Source: Ignavibacteriota bacterium (GTDB lineage Bacteria; Bacteroidota; Ignavibacteria; UBA10030; UBA6906). From it: a stretch of 64,000 bases of DNA. Each line of letters starts with the position of its first letter. Positions within the stretch are counted from its first letter, which is position 1. Shown here one piece after another: positions 58,728 through 64,000 of the stretch. The DNA lies in the NCBI GenBank assembly GCA_963843525.1, contig CAWJKM010000002.1, positions 209,913 through 273,912 on the forward strand, read 5' to 3'. Under the pieces are notes generated by a model. The model did not search any database. It worked only from the letters and a program-made list of their open reading frames with translations, and was not told the origin of the DNA. The translations under genes and the position numbers were made by a program.

Positions 58728-61058
58728 ATGACCGGCTGGCTCTTTGATCTCTATCCTTCTCCGCGCGGCATCACGATCTGGCTGATGGACAATGACGGAC
58801 GCAAATACCGCTGCACCCACCCGTTCGTCCCCTCGTTCTATCTGCATGTCGATCGCGCGGGCGCGGAACGTGCGGCGAAGATTGTCGAACGCTTCCCCTT
58901 CCGGGTGTCGTTCCACGCCGACCGCCGGCGGGAGATCTATACGGATGAGGAGTGGGAGGTCTACCGCGTCGATGTGCACGATACGTTGCACTTCAAACAG
59001 GTGGTCCAGGCGCTCGAACGGCATTTCCCGCATTTCGTGTTCTTCGATTCCGATATTGCGGTCCAACAGCTGTTCCTCTACACCAGCGGATTGTTCCCGC
59101 TCGCGTTCGGCGACTACACCCTTGATGAGGAGGGGACGCTGCTCCGGTGGGATCTCCGTGACGTGTACGACGCGATGGACTATACGCTTCCTCCGCTGGT
59201 GATGATGACGCTGAAGAACAAACCCGATTTCGTCTCGACGAAACACCGGAAGAGCTTTCAGCTGGAGGTGACCTACGACGGATCGACGTACGCGCTGGAG
59301 CACCATGACCCGGCGGAGATCCTGCACGCCCTCGAGCGTCACCTCACCCGGTGCGATCCGGACATCATCATGACGGAGCATGGCGATGCGATTCTCCTCC
59401 CCCTTCTGACGCGTCTTTCGGCGGAGGAGAAGGTGCCGGTGTCGTTCAACCGTGACGTTTCGGTGGGATACAACACGTCCAAAGCGTCGAGCTATTTCTC
59501 GTACGGGAAGATCGTGCATAAGGAAGGCGCGTTTGAACTCGCCGGGCGCTGGCACCTCGATCTGGAAAACTCCTTCATGATGAGCGAAGCGAGCCTGGAC
59601 GGCGTGGTGGAGATTGCGCGGCTGACACAGCTGCCTGTCCAGCACCAGTCACGCGCGACCATCGGCTCCGCCCTCTCTTCAATGCAGCTCTCCTGGGCGG
59701 AGCGCCACGGCTATCTCATCCCCGCGAAGAAGCGGGAGCCGGAGGAATTCAAGACCGCGAGCACGCTGCTGCTCGCCGACCGCGGCGGCGTGATTTTTCA
59801 GCCGCTCCTGGGGTTCCATGAGGAAGTGGCGGAACTCGACTTCGTCTCGATGTATCCGACGATCATGGTGGAACACAACGTATCGCCCGAAACGGTCAAC
59901 TGCCGGTGCTGCCACAACGCACGCGTTCCCGAGCTCGGGTACACGATCTGCGAACGCAGGGAGGGGATCGTCCCTGCAACGCTCCGGACGGTTGTCCGGC
60001 GACGAGGCATATATAAGAAAAAGAAGAAAGCGCTCAAAGCGGCGAACGATCCCTCCTGGATGCTGTTCGACCGACGTCAGAATGCCCTGAAATGGATGCT
60101 GGTCACCTGCTTCGGCTACCTCGGCTACAAGAATGCGCGGTTCGGCCGCATCGAGGCGCACGAAACAGTCAATGCGTTTTCCCGCGATGCAATCCTCCAC
60201 GCGAAGGAAGCAGCGGAAGCGCAGGGGTATCAGTTCATCCATGCCATCGTCGACTGCATGTGGATCAAGAAGCCGGGAGCGACACAGGCCGACTATGAAC
60301 GGCTGGCCGTGCAGATCAGTGAAGAGGTTGGCATCGACCTGTCGCTCGAAGGGATCTACTCCTGGATCCTCTTCCCTTCCTCGAAAATCGATCCCCTTCT
60401 GCCGACCGCGAATCGCTATGTCGGCTGGTACAAAAACAACGAAATCAAGATCCGCGGCATCGAAGTGCGCAGAAGGGATACGCCGGTCTTTATCAAACGC
60501 ATGCAGGGAGAGCTGCTGAAACTGATGGGTGAGGCGAAAAGCGTCAGCGGCATCGAAACCATGGTCCCGCTGCTTGTGGCTAAGGCAGGGGAGTTTGTGG
60601 GGATACTTCGCAAGGGCAGGGCGGATCCGCTGGAACTGGTGATCCACTGCCATCTCCTGCGTGAACCAGAAGAGTATACCACCAATACCGTCAATGCTTC
60701 CGCCGCCAAAGCCCTTGCAGAGGCGGGCATTCATCTTGCCGCGGGGGAAATGGTGGACTATGTCGTCGTGGATGCCACAGGGAAAAGGCGTCCCGAAAAG
60801 GCCCGCCCGATGGCACTGTATGCGCTGGAGGATGGCTACGACATTGAATTCTATACGAAACTTGCTCTGAAAGCGATAGAAACGCTCTTGCTGCCGTTCG
60901 GTTACCCGGTGTCCCGTCTTGCGCAAATCTTTCATGTGAATGCGGGAAAGCCCGAACGCGGGAGAAAACGCACCGATACCGGCCAGCTGTCGCTGTTTGA
61001 ACTCCACGATTCCATCACCCAGAAGATCGCTTTCGACAAGGAACAGTTCGCACCGTGA
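58728..61058 (+). CDS. family-B DNA polymerase (Pol II-like) with a degenerate 3'-5' exonuclease motif I and an altered motif C
   Basis: Motif A LDFVSMYPTIM; motif B region ALKWMLVTCFGYLGYKN; motif C region EAQGYQFIHAIVDCMW (YGDTDS replaced by HAIVDC). The Exo I DxE region aligns to VMMTLKNK. Confidence 0.8.
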   Translation: MTGWLFDLYPSPRGITIWLMDNDGRKYRCTHPFVPSFYLHVDRAGAERAAKIVERFPFRVSFHADRRREIYTDEEWEVYRVDVHDTLHFKQVVQALERHFPHFVFFDSDIAVQQLFLYTSGLFPLAFGDYTLDEEGTLLRWDLRDVYDAMDYTLPPLVMMTLKNKPDFVSTKHRKSFQLEVTYDGSTYALEHHDPAEILHALERHLTRCDPDIIMTEHGDAILLPLLTRLSAEEKVPVSFNRDVSVGYNTSKASSYFSYGKIVHKEGAFELAGRWHLDLENSFMMSEASLDGVVEIARLTQLPVQHQSRATIGSALSSMQLSWAERHGYLIPAKKREPEEFKTASTLLLADRGGVIFQPLLGFHEEVAELDFVSMYPTIMVEHNVSPETVNCRCCHNARVPELGYTICERREGIVPATLRTVVRRRGIYKKKKKALKAANDPSWMLFDRRQNALKWMLVTCFGYLGYKNARFGRIEAHETVNAFSRDAILHAKEAAEAQGYQFIHAIVDCMWIKKPGATQADYERLAVQISEEVGIDLSLEGIYSWILFPSSKIDPLLPTANRYVGWYKNNEIKIRGIEVRRRDTPVFIKRMQGELLKLMGEAKSVSGIETMVPLLVAKAGEFVGILRKGRADPLELVIHCHLLREPEEYTTNTVNASAAKALAEAGIHLAAGEMVDYVVVDATGKRRPEKARPMALYALEDGYDIEFYTKLALKAIETLLLPFGYPVSRLAQIFHVNAGKPERGRKRTDTGQLSLFELHDSITQKIAFDKEQFAP

Positions 61059-61128
61059 GGTTGTTCGATCCGTACCACACAGCTGTCCACCACCCACTAC
61101 CATCACTCACTACACCACGGAGGTTCTC

Positions 61129-61740
61129 ATGCGTATCACCGCGGGAAAGTTGGTTCCGTCTCTCATCCTCGCGCTTGTCCTGGCCGTCCCATCCGTTCTC
61201 GCACAGGAAAAACAGGGAGATGCGGCCATGCAGGAAATGATGAAGAAATGGCAGGAGGCGATGACACCCGGCGCGCCGCACAAGGCGCTGGCCGGTCTCG
61301 AAGGCGAATGGAATGCCGAAGTGAAATCGTGGATGAACGGTCCCGATGCTCCTCCTTCCGTATCCCAGGGAAAATGCACCATGAAAATGGTTTTCGGCGG
61401 CCGGTATCTGGAGCAGGAATTCACCAGCGAGATGATGAATATGCCGTTCAGCGGAATGGGATTCACCGGCTACGACAATGTCAACAAGAAATATGTCGGC
61501 TTCTGGATCGACAACATGAGCACCGGGATGTCGACGATGGAAGGCTCCATGACTCCGGCGGGCGATGTCCTCACGATGTACGGAAAGATGGACGACGTCA
61601 CCACCGGGGAACACGGGAAGACCATGAAGTACGTGACCAAAATGGAAGGGCCGGACAAGCAGGTCTTCGCGGTGTACGACCTGTCTATGGATGATGCAAA
61701 ATCCAAGATGATGGAGATCGTCTACACACGCAGGAAGTAG
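61129..61740 (+). CDS. DUF1579-like secreted protein
   Basis: Signal peptide (LVLAVPSVLAQE); GGAGG Shine-Dalgarno 7 nt upstream; Met-rich beta protein. Confidence 0.5.
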   Translation: MRITAGKLVPSLILALVLAVPSVLAQEKQGDAAMQEMMKKWQEAMTPGAPHKALAGLEGEWNAEVKSWMNGPDAPPSVSQGKCTMKMVFGGRYLEQEFTSEMMNMPFSGMGFTGYDNVNKKYVGFWIDNMSTGMSTMEGSMTPAGDVLTMYGKMDDVTTGEHGKTMKYVTKMEGPDKQVFAVYDLSMDDAKSKMMEIVYTRRK

Positions 61741-61841
61741 GACCGGAACATCGTCGAAGACAGTTGCGCGCACTGGAGACACGGGCATCACCCGGTTGGT
61801 GATGCCCGTCGAGTGTGATCCATCCCGGTGCGTTTCCCCCT

Positions 61842-63309
61842 CTACCGCAAATCATAGCGCAGGAATGCACCCATCGCACCCGCAAACGCAAAAAGGGTCA
61901 ATGCGATGATAATTCCCGCAGGCGGGACCACGGTGGAATAGATCCGCCGGCCGGGCGGCGCCGGCGGGGAATAGTGAGGCATGTCGCTGACATCCAGTGT
62001 TCCGCGTTGTCGCGGCGCGCTGAACTTGAACCCCGAGTTCGAATCGAAGGTGATGCGCATCCCTCCCGTTCCTCCCGCCTCTTTCTGTTTGCGTTCGGTG
62101 TACGCCGTGAATTCCCGGCGATAGTCCCGCATACTGTTTTCATAGCGGTCCTTCATGTCCGGATCGGTGCCGGACAGCGTCATCGCTGCAATCTGGTATG
62201 CCGAGGCGGGAGAAAACAGAGCCAGTGTGAAACCCAGATCCTGCTGTTGCGCCCTCCGGAGACGCCAATCTTCCTCCAACCGGCGACCCTCCGCTTCGAT
62301 CGTGGCCTGGACCGTCTTGCGCAGAGCGTCGTCTTCATCCGCCCATTTGGACAATTGGGAATCGCGGTATGACTCCCGATCCTCTTCCTTCATTGAGGCC
62401 ATTCCCCGTCCGCGGTCACGCCAGCGGGCGATGGAAGACGTGTTAAACGCCTCCCACTGGTCTTTTGCATAGGCATCCCGTTGCCCTTCCACCTCGTCGT
62501 AGCTGGGAACCGGGAGCGCGAGAGAAGCGACCATCATACCTGCCCTCGGGATGACCAGCACGAACACGATCCACGCGGCGAGACAAAAGAGAAACGACAT
62601 GCCGGAGCGCTGCGTCGAGGCGGAAATGAGAATTCCGAGCGCAAGGAAGAATAGGAATAACAACAGAGATAATCCCAGGAGGGTAACCAAGCGACCCCAA
62701 TCCGAACCCGACAGGGGCACACCCTCCAGAACCACCAGCAGTAACCCCAGGAGGACGGCAAGGGAGAGGGGAAAAACGAGCCCGAACGTTGTCCCGACGA
62801 ATTTTGCGGCGACGTACTGGACGCGCGAGACGGAATTCGAGAACGTCAGGGCCAGCGTCCCCTGCTCGCGCTCGCCATTGACCGCATCGTAGGTAAAGAG
62901 GATCGCAAACAGGGAAAGCACCACTGTTGACGATGAATGCAAAATCGGCCGACCGGAAGAGTGCAAAGAGAGGATTGTCCGAATAGGTGCTGTTTTGAAG
63001 ATTCACCGGTTCCTGATCGTTGATGGGCGAAAAGCGGCCGACGTCGTTTGCGACGCCTGCCACAAACACCTGGAGAGGGTCGGGCTGACGGAAAGCCGTC
63101 ATGCTGACGTTTCGCCATGATGCTTCGTGGGCCATCTGGTCTGCAGCAAGAGAACGCGCCGCTTCCATCCGTCGGACCGCGTTGTTGTAGTCGGTAATCC
63201 CTGCCTGGATGCTGAGGACGATGAGAAGCGCGGCAACAAGGAAGGTCGCGAGAAATTTCGGACTGACCAGAATACTCTTGAGTTCTTTCCGAAGGATGAG
63301 CGAAAACAT
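61842..63309 (-). pseudogene. ABC-2/DUF3526-like transporter permease carrying an apparent frameshift
   Basis: Two overlapping ORFs (62443..63309 N-terminal part; 61842..62966 C-terminal part) form one contiguous permease if a 1-nt shift is assumed near 62940-62960 (frame A ...DFAFIVNSG; frame B ...VVLSLFAILFTYDAV). Confidence 0.5.
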
Positions 63310-63399
63310 AGAGTCCTCGACACTGATTACGTATGGACAATTCTCCGGGATCGGAGTCGGCCTACAGTCTCTGCGGGAATCCTCACGGCAGAGACTTCT

Positions 63400-64000
63400 T
63401 TACCGGACGTCATACCGCAAGAACCGCCAGAGAGCCAGCGAGAAAAAAAGGGCGTTAAGGAGCACCAGAAGTCCGAGATCGAGCGCTGCATCGCCGATGA
63501 CGGCAGGGAAATCCCGTGGCTGGTATTCAAACACCGGCAATTCATAGGGATCAATTGGCGTTGGCGTTTTATTGTCGTCGGCGTGTCTGAAAATGATCAT
63601 TGCGCCGCCGGGGTTCATTCCGGTCTTGGCCATCATGAAATTGCCGAACGCCTGCTGGTATGCCTTCGCCGAGCGGAGAAAATTGCTTTCGAGCTCGAGC
63701 GACGTCCCGGCCAGCGTACTTGCGGCCAGGGAGAACATCGTCGTGGGGGAGAATCGGGCAAGGCCCAGCGCCAACGCCTGCTGTGCGGCAAGCCCGTTCT
63801 GTCGTTGTTCGTTGAGTCGGGCCGAGAGCTCCCGCATTTTCTTGTCGCGTTCATCGGCGAGTGTGCCCATGAATGATTGGAACTCCTTCATCATCGAATC
63901 GGGATTCCCGACGGAAGTCGGCTTGAACAGTGCGGTGCGTTCGCGATCCTCGGCAAACAGCTGCATATTCAACCGCGTCTTTTGCGCGGCAATATCGTCG
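63400..64000 (-). CDS. ABC-2/DUF3526-like permease paralog, C-terminal part only (gene continues beyond the window end)
   Basis: C-terminal ...LALWRFLRYDVR parallels ...GAMGAFLRYDLR of the neighbouring permease; the ORF is open at the window edge. Confidence 0.5.
   Translation of the reverse strand, partial: DDIAAQKTRLNMQLFAEDRERTALFKPTSVGNPDSMMKEFQSFMGTLADERDKKMRELSARLNEQRQNGLAAQQALALGLARFSPTTMFSLAASTLAGTSLELESNFLRSAKAYQQAFGNFMMAKTGMNPGGAMIIFRHADDNKTPTPIDPYELPVFEYQPRDFPAVIGDAALDLGLLVLLNALFFSLALWRFLRYDVR

Overview
This is a 64-kb, high-GC (~58%) bacterial chromosomal segment, densely coding on both strands. Several gene pairs overlap by ATGA or TAATG, suggesting translational coupling, and one Shine-Dalgarno-like site and one sigma70-like promoter are visible. 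No rRNA, tRNA or CRISPR array was found.

Recognisable content, in order:
- Envelope and secreted proteins: a transglutaminase-like protein, a FecR-domain protein, an FHA-TM-SLT lytic transglycosylase and a PEGA protein.
- Housekeeping and small-molecule genes: archaeal-type prolyl-tRNA synthetase, a GNAT acetyltransferase, a QW-motif alpha-toroid protein next to an ICMT-family methyltransferase, and an AI-2E transporter with a cNMP-binding protein.
- A protease cluster (S41 peptidase plus an M16 pair), an aldo/keto reductase, a rhomboid protease and a TPR protein.
- A secreted barnase/RNase-Sa-type ribonuclease, its barstar and an SCO1/SenC protein, all translationally coupled.
- An ABC transporter, a large secreted protein built from four repeated modules, a flotillin and deoxyribose-phosphate aldolase.
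- A CAZyme island: GH31 with a PA14 insert, GH2, GH13, a GH35-like protein, a second GH31, and a GH9 fused to a CE4-type deacetylase.
- A DNA-metabolism neighbourhood: a UvrD/PcrA-type helicase bisected by a complete homocysteine S-methyltransferase gene; two DUF72 paralogs; DinB behind a sigma70-like promoter carrying a perfect 14-bp palindrome; a REP/BIME-like 93-bp tandem array attached to a truncated REP-associated tyrosine transposase; and an operon encoding an ATPase-dead RecA-fold (ImuA-like) protein, a 105-aa protein and a family-B DNA polymerase whose 3'-5' exonuclease motifs look degenerate.

The window is also peppered with unusual intergenic tandem repeats of 7-nt periodicity (TANGNAG-type, TTTAGAT and C-rich heptads) and a 46-bp x5.5 tandem array.

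The two most notable candidates are the ImuA-like/PolB cassette, which may be an undescribed translesion-synthesis module, and the split helicase.
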